This document shows, in pieces, positions 48,668 to 61,147 of a stretch of DNA of 64,000 nucleotides. Every line of letters starts with the position of its first letter. The first letter of the stretch is position 1. The DNA is from Eutreptiella sp. 'Long Island Sound 2002' (Eukaryota > Protista > Euglenida). A model generated the notes under the pieces. That model saw only the letters and a program-made list of their open reading frames with translations, was not told the DNA's origin and made no database searches. The stretch spans positions 175,894,001 through 175,958,000 of the forward strand of contig OZ038378.1 in NCBI GenBank assembly GCA_964036045.1, read 5' to 3'. Made by a program: the position numbers and the translations under genes.

Positions 48668-51600
48668 GCGTGGGGGCTGCGCGGGGGAGGGTCACCCTCG
48701 TCTCGCCCAAGGGAAAGGGCTGTGCGCAGTTGTTGGCGGTTCCAGAGCGGTTGGCGGAGGGTGGGCATTGGCCGTTTGGCCCGCAGAAGGTGTTGTAGGA
48801 GCGGGGGTGGCCGGGTCCGTCTGTGGAGTGCCTCCCCCCTCCTTCCTGTTTGCCAGGTACTCCGCTGGTGGCAATCACGTGGGCCCCACGAGAAAAGGGT
48901 GCAGAAGGCGGGAGGGGGGGGGATGATGGGATGACAGAAGGTGTTGCCCCCCCCCCCCCGACCCCTTCACTGTCTGCATGTGTGCCCCCCCCCCTTCGCT
49001 TCCGTGCAGGCACCCGTCCTGCAGCCGTTACCGGCGCCCTGCATTGGTACGCCCCCAGCCTTGCCGCCCACCCTCTTGTGCCCCCCTGCTGCAGGGGCAG
49101 AAATCAAGGAAGGGTTTGTTCATGTGTCTACCACATTCATCAGGAGGGACTAGGAGGGCTCTTGAGGGGAGGTTGCTATGAAGGCTCAGTAAGTGTGCCG
49201 CTTGGTGTACGCACTGGTTTGGATTTTTCAGGAGGAAATTGTCTGCACTGGTTGTCCACGAACACTGGGGGAAAGCAGTTTTGGTACGTGAGAGTGGGAC
49301 TCTGCTGACAGGTGGTGTTTCAGGCGTCCCTCCCATGCCGGCGCCGGCATGCTTCACATTCAGTCGTTCCTATGACAGCAAAGTTTGGAGGGTGCTCACA
49401 ACCACTGATGTGGGCATTGTGACGCCGGGCCAGTTGGTTCCAGAGCACCACAAGTTGCACATCTGTGGTGCACAGCATTTCGAAGTATTTTGTTTCTTTT
49501 TTTTGGGGGGGGGGTATGCCACCTCAAACCGCTCGCCGCCTCGCACGAATTGTTTTGAGGTTTATATGTTCGGGTAATAAAATTCTCAACAATTTTTTCA
49601 ACAACATTCAACAATATTTCTCAACAAATTTTCCTACTCTCCAAACCTGATCCCCCCCCCCAAAAAAAAAACCGGCTTCCGAGCAGTCCCCTGCCCTACC
49701 CCTTGTGGGGTGGAAAAAAGAAAAAGAATACCAAGAAAAGCACCTGGTGTCAGTCATGTGCCCACTTCCAGAGCCTCCTGGTGAATGACCCTGTTAAAAC
49801 CTGACGGTATATCCATCTGTCATGTCAACTTTCTGTCCATGGAACACTTCGCTTATTTTGCTCAGTGCTGGGTGAGCGCATCGGCTTCGCCTGGTCTGCC
49901 TTTATGGCTTAGCCCCCCAAGCAACTCCCCAACCCCTTTGCAACAGGGGTCGTTCGCAGCAAGCCTCGGCCGGGATGACTGGACCTAGTTTGGGGGGACA
50001 CAGAATGCAGGACCCTGTACTTACCCCAGCCAGGGAAGGTGCCGCCCTCGCGGTGCAACGTCGGAGGGTGGTGCACACAAATTACGGTAATACTGCCGGG
50101 AGGTAAGAACAAGTGTGTACTGGGACAGGGCGGCACTGTTGTACACCGATTACAGTGCAGGCCGTGTGCAGGCAGGCGGGGCTGGAGCAGAGAGGCGGAT
50201 CCATGCCTCACCTTTTGATGCCCCGCCTTTTCCAACCAACGGTTGAGGGCTGGGTCGCAGGGTGGGTCCTGCAGGCGAGTGCCTGCTCCCTGGTGAGCAC
50301 AACCCCCCTTCGGGTGTAGACGCCCCCCCGCTTCGGGCCCGGACCAAAAGTCGTCGGGTAATTCTGTTGGGCCAACTTCGAAACCCTTTGGTCTCAGACC
50401 CACCCGGCCACCCGGTGGTTGACCGCGTGGCCGCACATCCACAATCACAGGCGTGGGTGGCAAGCAGGAAAGTGGCGACAAGCGGGGGACCGGATGCACA
50501 GGAAAGCACCTGGGCGCGGTCTCACGGTGCGGCAGCCACGTGGATTGTGGTACGCATTTCGCACATTGCATCTCCCCACATGACGTCATCGGGGATCACA
50601 TCGCTTGTTCGCAGAGCGCTGTGGGACAGAGTTGACACTAGACTCCTGCAAGGATTTCATCTGCACCAGGCAGCCTCTAGCAGGCAACTGGCAGCACATC
50701 CGGTAGCCTCTGGTGCAGATTTGGGTTGCATCCGGTAGCCTGTGGCAGGGTGTGTAACGGTGGTGCGTGGGGCTGGGCTACCATCTCCTGAGCCCAACAG
50801 AGTGCTTTGCAACCAATGCAACCGCATCCGGCAGAGGGAGGGATCGCATCCGGCGGCCTCCGCTGCAAAGTTGCCCTTGCATCCGGCGGCCATCGGATTG
50901 CTGGAGTCTAGTGTCAACACTGCTGTGGGAACACAGTTCCAGGGTGTGTGTGTGTGTGTGTGTGTGTGTGCAATGGTCCGCTGCTTGAACAAGGATGGGG
51001 CAGGGACACCTGCATCCACGAAACCTGATCTCTATGTTTGTGTCTATCTATGTCGATGTCTGATAACACACTGCACATGCTCGGCATCGCCCTGCACGAC
51101 ACACATCTCTGCATGGGCACACAGCATCTCTGATAGACATCCGTCTTTCTGCCGTGCTCTGCCTGATCAGTGTTGTTTCTGTCTTGGGTGGGGCGAGATG
51201 TAAGTGGCCGGTGGTGACAACGGGGGGTCGTATCGCGCGCTGTGTGGGCGCTGTGCAGGCGCTCTACGCCCGCTATGCACAAAGTTTGTCTAGGACCATT
51301 CCAAGGTAGGTAGGTTGGTATCTTCTGGAGCTTGGGATGTGTCCCTTGGCATTGCAGGAAGGGGGACTTACCAAGGGGTGACCACCCCTCCCACTGCCCT
51401 ATGGAATGCACCACACAAAGCCGCCCCCATATGTGACTTGGGGCACTATTCACGAGGCATTGAGTTGACGGATAGTCTGCACACCATTTGCATTATTCAA
51501 CAGGCTGTATGACTCTGATCTGGACTTCGGAGAAGAGTGGAGTCATTTCCAAGGGGGCAACCCTGCGCTAGGAATATGGAATTGTACTGGCAAGTTGGTG

Positions 51601-53149
51601 AAAGATGAAGTATCTAGAGCCGAGGTTGATTTTGAAAGAGGCCATGGACCATTTGCATGAGCTCTTCCATATGAGCACAAGGTGTTGACAAGATGCTGGC
51701 CATACTTAAGGCAGGGGTGACGTCTCCGGAGCTAGCACACGTCAACCAAAGCGTCACGTAGCGTTGCGTGCATTGCTAGGCCAACAAACCTCGCAATGCA
51801 GCGCGAGTTGACGGAGATAGGCAAGAATATTGCTAAAAAAAATTGCCCTAAAATCCCCCAAAGTCTCTCGTAAAAATGCTGTGTGCAAGCTGGGCATGCT
51901 GTCTGCGCGATGTGCGTGCACTGTGCATAAACACCACGTAGGCAGAAAAAAGGCAAAAATCTGTGATTTTTGCAAAACTGGTCAAGAAAATGTTTGCTGC
52001 TGTTTTGGGTCGGTGCCTTCGTGTCCTCCTCTGCCTCACTGTGATCATTCACAAAGACTGATGGAGAAATATAAGGAAATGCAACAAAATGTGAATAGAC
52101 AGGTGGACAGGTTGCATGATCTCACCCTCCCAGTCCATCGACCAACCATACATAAGGCTGACCAGTGTTGATCCAACATCGTTATAGGCGTGCAAGAAGG
52201 TAGAAACGCTACAGGAAAGCGGGATGCAGGAAATGCAGTATAATGCACGCTGTTTCAAGGCACTGCTCAGCTGCAGAGCTGAACAGTCATGCTCCCGCCA
52301 TCATCATCATTGGCGTCAACGGCTGAGCCATGGAACCCCTGCCCCCCTCACGGACTGTGTGTATCTGTAGCAATGGGCTTGGCCGGCAATACAGGGTGTT
52401 ACAGAAGCAATAATTGTCCTGCTTGGGTAAACACCATGCCACAGGCAGAATTGTTGGGTGCGTGCGCTGCACCAAAAATCGCACCGTATGAGGGGTGCAT
52501 AGCGGTGTGTCTCGATATCAACAGTGGCACTGCGCGACAGAATGCAGTCAGCCAAAGAGCGCCCACGCAATGCCTACATCAACACATGCTACCACGGCGG
52601 CTTTTTTGGTTGAGGGCTTGGAGTGGCATTAGGCTCGTCTTTTTTGGGTCCCATCGGAGCAAAGCGCAGCGAACCTGATGTCAAGAGCCAGAAGCTTTCC
52701 CTCGCCAGCGGCAGCCATCCTCACGGCCGCATCACGACACAAGGTGTGGGAGCACGGCACGCAGCCATCCCACCACTTACTGTACGCCTTGGTTTTCACG
52801 TGATCACTGACAGCGAAGGGGGGGGGTGGCTCCAAACAGGCAGTGTACACACGACCGGCTACCGGGGTTCGCATTCGTTTGCCTGAGTTTAGCCACGTCC
52901 AAAAGTGCCTGTGGGTTGTGTGGGAAGAGAGAGTGTGCAGAACTGTAGTCCCGAAGGAAGGGAAGTTCTGTGTGTAGCTATTTACCGCAGCTGTTCCTAC
53001 TCACCTACTGACAGCCCTTCTTGGTATTTTGCAACACTCCTTTAAAATGAGCCCCTCCCGCCCTCCTCCACAGTGTCAATGTTCCCGCACGCAGGAGGTC
53101 TGGCATGCCGATGGCATAACTGCAGAACTTCATCATGAGCACTTGAGAA

Positions 53150-53202
53150 ATGTCAAATGAAATGAAATGAAACGAAACGAAACGAAACGAAACGAAATGA
53201 AA
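53150..53202. repeat. (GAAAT/GAAAC)n pentamer repeat
   Basis: Direct read. Confidence 0.9.
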
Positions 53203-53340
53203 TGCCACGTCCAAAATGTGCCCAGGGAAGGAAAGAGTGTGCAGAACAACCCACCCCACCCACCCCAGGCCGACCGATGCTTTCTGGGGGTTCAGCGGCG
53301 TACGGACGGCATCTTGTTTCATGTCACAGACATCCTAGTG

Positions 53341-54150
53341 ATGCTGGCAGCTGACGTGTGGTGCCACATACTGCAGTTTCTGACGCCAACCACTGCTGTG
53401 CGCATCAGCAGAGCCAACCGGCTCCTGCATGGCCTCGTGGAGGAACACGTACTCCGCCAGCCCAGGCAGTGCATCCGGATGTGCCGATACGATTTGCAGT
53501 TGGAAATTGAGCCATTTGAGATTGTATACCCCTCGAACTCGGAGTACCGCATGTGTTCAGGAAGTATATCTCTAGATCACCACTTGTGCGGCAGTGTGGA
53601 CGAGGTGTTGGGACAACTGGTGATGATATCTTTCGCGTTCAGGGCCAGTCCCCCGGACCATGGGCCTGCATTGGGTGCATTGGGGCAGCTTGCCCCGGCA
53701 TCGCAGAGGTACATGGCCCGCACCGCCCGCCTCGTCGCTGCCAGTGTAGTTCCACTGCTGTGCTGGGTGCGGAGATATGAGGTGAACGGTGGTCCCACTG
53801 GGTGTCAGACAGCGGATTCTACTCTGCGTCCTCTTCACACGGTCAAAACTGTCCGCTCCAGGATGCTGCTGATCGGATACCTAAGGCCCTGCCCGCCGTA
53901 CTCTGCACCCTCACCTGCCGAAGGCGCCGGGCCTGGCATTGATGTGGAGGGGGTTCTCTTGGGCACTGTGACGCCGGATGAGACGATTCCTGGTGCACGG
54001 ACTCCTTGGGGGGGCGAAAGTCTCGAAGCGATGCTCAATCGAGTGCAGGAGACTGTCCAGGCGGCTGGCGATGCGGCACAGCTGATCACCATTGAGCAGT
54101 GCACTACGCTACACTACCGACGCTGCCTGTTGGGTCCAAGGTTGGGTTGA
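53341..54150 (+). CDS. Hypothetical protein with an N-terminal F-box-like motif
   Basis: ORF 53167-54150, probable ATG at 53341 after a pyrimidine-rich CAG. MLAADVWCHILQFLTPTTAVRISRANRLLHGLV fits the F-box pattern L..EVW..ILxFL....L.R...V.R. Confidence 0.55.
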   Translation: MLAADVWCHILQFLTPTTAVRISRANRLLHGLVEEHVLRQPRQCIRMCRYDLQLEIEPFEIVYPSNSEYRMCSGSISLDHHLCGSVDEVLGQLVMISFAFRASPPDHGPALGALGQLAPASQRYMARTARLVAASVVPLLCWVRRYEVNGGPTGCQTADSTLRPLHTVKTVRSRMLLIGYLRPCPPYSAPSPAEGAGPGIDVEGVLLGTVTPDETIPGARTPWGGESLEAMLNRVQETVQAAGDAAQLITIEQCTTLHYRRCLLGPRLG

Positions 54151-56183
54151 CGCTTGGTACTTCCCAGTGGAGGTTCTACAGCTCATTTTAGATTGCGAAC
54201 GGGTGATCAATGAGGCGTCTCTCACGCCATGGTGCCATGCGTTGGTCCATTTTGAGGTGCCAATGAGCCGTTTCTCCACCAGGTTCAAGAGAACTATAAG
54301 GACCCAGCTCGGTCCTAGTCGCAAGTCTTGATTAGTGGAATTGGTGGAGGGCGGTAGTGAGTGGTGTGAAGGAATATAAGAGGAAAGAAGAGCGAGGGGT
54401 ATACGAACGGGGTATCGGGGCAGGTCGTTCGGAGGCTACAGTTCACTGAGAGCTGTGTGGGGCGCAACAAAAGAGGGAGTGGGAGGGAGTGTGCCTAGGT
54501 GGTTACGGGCTCCATGCAGCAATTGGTTGTGACCTCCCTCCTCCGTTATGCAGGGCCTTCAGAGCGCCAGACTATGATGATGGATTGGCTGTTGCAATGT
54601 GTCCTCCCGCTATGTGGGTGCAGGTTGCCCACAAGGGAGGATGACATGGAAAGGGCCATGGTAACACCAACCACGCAAACCCGAGGCGAGCACTCACGTT
54701 CAATTCCCAACGAGGGAGGACTCATAGAACTGTGTGTGAGAAGACAGGCAACAGCATTGTAGCACATTCGCTGGCACCAATGCAAGCACCACATTGTAGC
54801 AAAGTCAAGCATTTGCACAGAGCAATGTGCTTGATACCCACTGGACGTCTGAATCTGACCAGGTGGCCATGTGCTTGCTTCTCCATAGCAACACACAAGA
54901 AGGCAGTGTCTTTACCATTCAAATCCTGATATTTTGTGAAAATGACTAGTCCTGAGGATCTAGTGTGTTCATTGGTGGCACAAAAATGCGCCAAAACATA
55001 TTACTCTCCGAGCTGTCTTGCTTATGATCCAGAAAAGTTCGCTACAAGGATGCGCAAGAAAAGAATATCCGCCGGTAACCCACTTGTCCTGTGTTTGCCG
55101 TTGTTTGATGCACCCTTGCACATGCCCATGTATGATGTTTGAATTGGCTGCAAGTACCAAGACACATTTGCAGAAATTTCGTTTGATGCCTAGCCATGCA
55201 AATTTGTTGCTGCAAGCCCATATGCCAAGAGCCGAAGAACCTGCAACCTTGCCGGCCAAGCCTAACCTGAAGCCTTCATCTGCACCAAGACGGACTGGTT
55301 TCTTTGTCCGATAGTTAGCCCTCCAATGTAGGTGACGAGGTGATGAAGGACCATGGCAATGGAAAGTCCAACGTGCAGTACAAAGTAGAGCAGAATGTAC
55401 CCATGCACAATTTTTGCAACCATGAGAAGTAAATGCATTTGGGGTGTGCCAATGCAGAACTGATTGCATGACGCAGATGTGGATGCATTGGATGTGTGTC
55501 CATGCAGATTCTATTGAATTCGCCAGCAGTAGAAGTACCATTGCAATAGCATTGGAAGACCCTTATATATGGGCGGCTTAATCATAAGTGGGTTTCACCA
55601 CACTTTTTGCTGATTTTGAAACCACTATTGAATTCCACATTTTGTTAGCAAAGTGCAGTGCAGCTTACTTTTTGTATAAAAAGTTGATATATTCATATGC
55701 CTTTGAAACGTTGAGGGTGTGTTGCCCCATGTGTTTATCCTTTTGCTGCAGTTGATGAGATTCATCAGTTCTTAATATTGGTGTGTAAAATTCATGATTT
55801 CTTGATGTTTCGTTGACCGAGGGTCCCAGCAATTGTCTTCGTGGATTTGTTATGCAGTACAAGTGATGCTGAATGCTTCCTGAATAGGTGTGCTAGATGC
55901 TTGGATCTGAAAAATTGCAAATTGTGCCCTTTGCACCCAAAACCGTTGGTTTGCGCCTTTTGGGCCCAAAACGGACCTCAAATTTTGGTTTTCCACACCC
56001 CACATGTCGCAAAAGCCCTTACTTTGAATTTTTTTTTGGCCGTCAACTGCTCAGCAATTTCTAGACTACCGGAAGCATAGTGCAATTAGCCGTCCCTGCC
56101 GAAGTTCTTAGGGGTGCTGACAAAGTTGGTCGGGTGAAAAACGCGTACCGTAACGTACAATGCTCGGAAATATTGCTCGGAAT

Positions 56184-56320
56184 CAAGCCGATTAATAATG
56201 GGGGTGGGGCCGGGGGCCAAATCCAATTTACGCTGTAAATTACGTAAATTTTTGTAAATTGCGCAAAAAGTGGCGTAAATTTCTGTAAATTTTTGTAAAT
56301 TCGGTGTAAATTCGGGAACC
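56184..56320. mobile_element. DNA-transposon-like left end with GTAAATT subterminal array
   Basis: CAAGCCGATTAATAATGGGGGT followed by many GTAAATT copies. It is inverted relative to 61030-61147. Confidence 0.65.
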
Positions 56321-56774
56321 CATGTCTTTTGCATGCTACTAGATGTTGGGAAATATCACAAACAACCCCCCCACATTGCCCACATGTGATATATATTTGT
56401 GTTTTTACCATGTTTGTACCATGTTGCTGCTGCCTACCTAGTACATTGGCACATGAACTACTGCTAAGATAAAAGTAATTCGTTGTGTTTTTGCATGCCG
56501 CCAACGGCGCCCCCCCCCCTTTTTTTTTGTTATTTCGTTTTCACCAAGCCGTCAGTGCCCTTGAGCGCCACATATCGCAAGATGAGGCGCTATACAAATG
56601 TCGTTTGTTGCGAGGTGCTTTCAGCGGAGATTGGCAAGACGGGCCGCTATACAAATATTGTTTGTTGCTAGCTGAAGATCCTGCATTCGGAGCAAAACCC
56701 TGGCCCGAGTGTAGCGCCAAATTCTTTCTGGGGCGAACACACTGTGTTCATTCTTTCTTTCTTGTTTCTCCTTC

Positions 56775-56966
56775 CCACGCTTTGTTGCGTGGCCCCTCGA
56801 GTTGGGGTTAGGGACTCACAATCCACGCTTTGTTGCGTGGCCCCTTAAGTTGGGGTTAGGGACTCACAATCCACGCTTTGTTGCGTGGCCCCTCGAGTTG
56901 GGGTTAGGGACTCACAATCCACGCTTTGTTGCGTGGCCCCTCGAGTTGGGGTTAGGGACTCACAAT
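56775..56966. repeat. 48-bp tandem repeat, 4 copies
   Basis: Units start at 56775, 56823, 56871 and 56919: CCACGCTTTGTTGCGTGGCCCCTCGAGTTGGGGTTAGGGACTCACAAT. Confidence 0.95.
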
Positions 56967-57018
56967 CCCTCCTTGCCCCCCTACCACCAAGGTTCGGGCA
57001 TTCCAGAGCTCATTATTT

Positions 57019-57664
57019 AATGACATTGTTTCGTGGACCCCAGCTTGCACAGTGGAACCCCGACCCGAGCATTGAGCGTCCGTATACTCACGGCAAGCGT
57101 GCGCGGCGCCATTTGCTTGAACGACGTTTCAAGCCGCGCCGGAAACGTGGGCAGTGCAGGCCTTTGCAACCTGACACCGAAAAGCTCTCACTGGCTGTTC
57201 AACATGCCCTTGGTGAATGGTTGCCAACCCCGCCCGCAGAGCAGCTTGTGGAAGCGTCACCTTGCCCATTGCCCACTGCCCCTCAGCCCATGCCACGGGT
57301 TGTGTTTCTGTCGGAGGAATCGGAGGTAGAGAGCAGCACGGTTGCCTCAACGTCCCCATCCAATTCCTTGGAATTTGAGCCCGAGCAGGACGAAGCGGTG
57401 TCATAATCGGGTGCCACAAATGTCCCGATCCGTGCTCGCACTCGGGCACAGGTGTGCGCGAAGCGCAAGCGAAAAGGCAAAGGGAAAGTTGACCCCCGGG
57501 TGCTGGTGGTCTACAAAATTTTGGTTGCAAAAATGCCCAAGCTGTCAAAAAAGGAGTTAGTAAAGTGTGCCCGAGGGGAGAAGCGTGGATTGAGGAGGAT
57601 CCGGAGGCCCTCAAGTCATGGCTGCGGGGCATCAAACACTGATGCCATGCAGCTAGCAACATAG
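57019..57664 (+). pseudogene. C-terminal remnant of a hAT-type transposase
   Basis: MTLFRGPQLAQWNPDPSIE...KRARR resembles the end of the hAT dimerisation domain of ZNF862-like transposases. It is followed by an acidic/Ser stretch and a basic tail, with an in-frame stop at 57406. Confidence 0.45.
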
Positions 57665-58854
57665 GATTTCTGTGGCATGTCGTTGTGTCGTTCTAAGTTG
57701 TCTTGTTCTGACCTGTTACCTGTACTGCCTGCTTTTTACCTCCCGACTATAACCTTTCCATGTATCCTCTGACCCTCCCACCCACATCGCGAAACAAATG
57801 TAGGTACCCCACCCGACCCATGAATTAAATGCTGGCCAGGCCGCTGGCCAAATGGCAAATTTACACGTAAATGCGTAAATTTTACAAAAACGGCCACTTT
57901 TTGGGGCCACCGCGGTGTTTACAGGTGTAAATTCAGTGTAATTTGGTGTAAATTGCTATGTTTGCACTATTTCATGATGGAATTGACTTTCTTTGTCTTG
58001 CAAGTTGCGTGCTTTTTGTCATTTTGTTCACATTGTTGCCATTCTTACATGGTTGTCAAGGCAAGTTTCACGCACGGGGTGAGGTAGGGTACTCTATGCA
58101 TAGGAGAATGGTTAAGAGCAAAGCTTGGGGGTAGAAGAGGGTTGGTGACATGGGTGGCCTCCTCCCCAAACTTGGTGGCACAACAACGTTGGTATCAACA
58201 TGTGGGGCAGGGTAATGAAAAATGTATGGAAAGAAGAGAAGGACAATTGAAGAGTAGAAAAATGTCGGTGGTACCCCCCCCCCCCCCCTTGCGCTAACAC
58301 GGGCTTGTCCAAACACGGAGACCCCGTGTTTCTGCACTTTTGGTCCTTTTTTTGAACCGTCGTTTTTGCGGTTCTGATCCAATAGAGAACGTGGTTTATA
58401 GCTTTGTGCACGATGTAGGAAGGGTCAATATGGGTGACAAAGTGTTGCTACAGCTATAATTCCATGTGCTCTTGTACTCTGGGGTGTATGCCGGTCTGTT
58501 GGACACTCTTTCATAGTCATGAACAATTCTCTTTCCGCTGCTGGACAGCCTGTCACATACCAGCAGTACACAAACAATGAGTTTGTGCCTGCTCGAGTTT
58601 TGGGTCCCTCAACACGAGGTGAGCAGTACATTCACATTGGTTTGGGGTCTGGGGCATGTCTTTGAGGGCAAGCAGGACCAAGAAATTTTACAACGAGCCG
58701 GTCAAGGAGTAGGTCTCCGTACATTGGCAGCCCTTTGGACGCATCCTATGCTGAGTGCTTTCGTTTTATGCTGCAATTTCTGTGCCTGCAAATGTGCGTG
58801 TACGGTTGGGGTGTGGTCCCCCACGGGGGGGGTGGGGGTGACATTCGACTGGCA

Positions 58855-59405
58855 TTTTCGCAGAATGCTTCGTGTTTTGGAATTTCAGGTTGTTCCTGCA
58901 CCGCTGTGAACCGCATGTACGGCCATGGCTCTTTGACATGCGACTGGCCACGGTGTGCATGTCAACGTATGGGCCAGTTTACAACATCTGCACCCACCAA
59001 CCAAAGCCCATTTGGGCATGGAATGCTGTGAACTGTGAGCCAGTGGTGGCATGCTGTTCAGAATTGGGTAGGCACTTTTATGCTGTTCGGCAATTTGCTG
59101 TGTGGCACAACTGATTCTCCACTTGCACCTGGCCTGGCTGTGCAACTGTGTCTGTTGCATCCAAGGCAATACATTTCTCTATGTTTTTCGCAGAATGCTT
59201 CGTGTTTTGGAATTTCAGGTTGTTCCTGCACCGCTGCGAACCGCATGTAAGGCCATGGCTCTTTGACATGCGACTGGCCACAGTGTGCATGTCAACGTAT
59301 GGGCCAGTTTACAGCATCTGCACCCACCAACCAAAGCCCATTTGGGCGTGGAATGCTGTGAACTGTGAGCCACTGGTGGCATGCTGTTCAGAATGGGGTA
59401 GGCAC
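58855..59405. repeat. Direct duplication of about 220 bp (period 330)
   Basis: 58855-59075 versus 59185-59405, with few substitutions. Confidence 0.92.
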
Positions 59406-59719
59406 AATTGGACTTTCATCCTCACTTGCTGAAGTCCATCGTGTCTCGATGGAACTCAAGGAGGAGGATCGGACAGAGTTCCGGCCAAATAAAGAGGAGG
59501 AGGGGCAGGTTGAGGAGGAGGAGAAGGAGGAGGAGGAGGATGTCGAGTGGTTATTAGGGCAGGCCCACGATGGGCCCCGCACCCGTGCAAAGGAGAGTGC
59601 CGAGTGCCCACCAGACTTTTAAGACTTGAAAGACTTATGCAACAATGATGCAGCGTGATTATGTTCCACGGCGTCCTCACGTGCATGTGCATTGTGCTTG
59701 CCTTTTGTTTCTCCAAGCC

Positions 59720-60070
59720 AACCCATTAGGAATCAAGCAGGCCACCGGGAATGAAGAACAAACTAGCAGGGATCAACAGCAGGCCACCAGGAATCAAGAC
59801 TAGCAAGAATAAACAGCAACTGGGGGACAGTCAAAAGCTACACATCAAGAATCAACAACAAGCCACCAGGATTCAAGAACGAACCAGCAGGAATCAACAG
59901 CAAGCCACCATGAATCAAGAATAGACCAGCAGGGATCACCAGCAACTGGGCAACACATCAGGAATCAACAGCAAGCCACCAAGCATCAGCAACCAGCAAC
60001 AGTAACTAAAAGCAACCCGGCAAGAATCAAAAGCAAGCCATCGGGAACAATGAGCAACGCATCAAGAATC
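59720..60070. repeat. GGAATCAACAGCAAGCCACCA-like tandem repeat
   Basis: Alternating 21-22-bp A/C-rich units. Confidence 0.8.
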
Positions 60071-60074
60071 AAAA

Positions 60075-60396
60075 CCAAGCCATAATTCCACCATAATTCC
60101 CCATAATTCCCCATAATTCCCCATAATTCCACCATAATTCCCCATAATTCCCCATAATTCCCCAAAATTCACCCATAATTCCCCATAATTCCCCATAATT
60201 CCACCCAAATTCCCCATAATTCCCCATAATTCCCCCTAATTCCCCATAATTCCCCCATAATTCCCCATGATTCCCCACAATTCCCCATAATTCCCCATTA
60301 TTCCCCCATAATTCCCCATAATTCCCCACAATTCCCCATAATACCACCATAATTCCCCATAATTCCCCATAATTCCCCATAATTCCCCATAATTCC
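60075..60396. repeat. (CCCCATAATT)n 10-bp satellite, about 30 copies
   Basis: Direct read. Confidence 0.95.
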
Positions 60397-60799
60397 AGTC
60401 GTCTGGCGGGGAGCCGTCGTCTGGCACTGGCGGGCGCACACCCCTGGAATGACTGATTGTTTGTTATGAAACATTTGGGGAATGGGTAGGAAGAAAGAGG
60501 CATGAAACAGGTAAAATGGTAGATTTTTTTTTATTTCTCTCAAAAAAAGGTGGAAAACACAAAAATTTACGCCAAAATTTACAATCTACTGGCCACTGGC
60601 CGAAAAGCCTCAGGCCAGTGTTTATTTCAAGGTTGCCCCACCCCAACCACCCTCCCCCCCTCTCCCCTGATGGCTGTGCCGCTCTTTTTGCAGTTTGTTG
60701 TGCAGCCTTTCTGTAGTATTTTTCTGTCTTTGTGACAGCACAATTTTTGGACCACAACCTGGGTCCATGGTGCATTTCCCAGCCCATGATACCCCCTCC

Positions 60800-61020
60800 A
60801 CCCCCGGCAGTGCTTGGGCAAGCCCACCTAAAAAAAAACCCCAGCCTGCCGGTCTATATAAGTATGTACACACAAATTTGTTTTAATCCAAACACGAAAC
60901 CAATCATACAAACTGTGGGAAAACGCCACTTGGGGTCACAAGGCCCAAGCAACCAATGTTCAAAACACCATATTACAGTGTTTTGTGTTTTTGTAATTAG
61001 TTGAGCTTTTGAGTGACACC
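60800..61020. repeat. Dispersed repeat homologous to 2685-2883
   Basis: GTGGGAAAACGCCAC(G/T)T(C/G)GGGTCACAAGGCC(G/C)AAGCAACCAAT and its flanks are shared. Confidence 0.8.
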
Positions 61021-61029
61021 GTCCATTCT

Positions 61030-61147
61030 TTAAATTTACACTATTTTTACAGAAATTTACGCCACTTTTGGGAAAATTTACAACAATTTACACAATGTGG
61101 GGGCCGGGGGCCAAAACCACTATAAACCCCCGTAAATAATCGGCTTG
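61030..61147. mobile_element. DNA-transposon-like right end with AATTTAC subterminal array
   Basis: TTTACAGAAATTTACGCCACTTTT is the exact reverse complement of a segment at about 56266-56289. The element ends ACCCCCGTAAATAATCGGCTTG. Confidence 0.65.

Noticed and set aside
50140-50600. LYTDYSAG resembling the RNase H YTDGS motif
   Set aside because: A single short motif; the downstream catalytic residues could not be traced.
54141-54167. Possible 27-nt GT-AG micro-intron rescuing the F-box ORF
   Set aside because: Its removal does not enter the coding-like downstream frame and soon reaches a stop.
56775-56966. CRISPR-like appearance (hairpin-containing repeats)
   Set aside because: No unique spacers, no cas genes, and a eukaryotic context.
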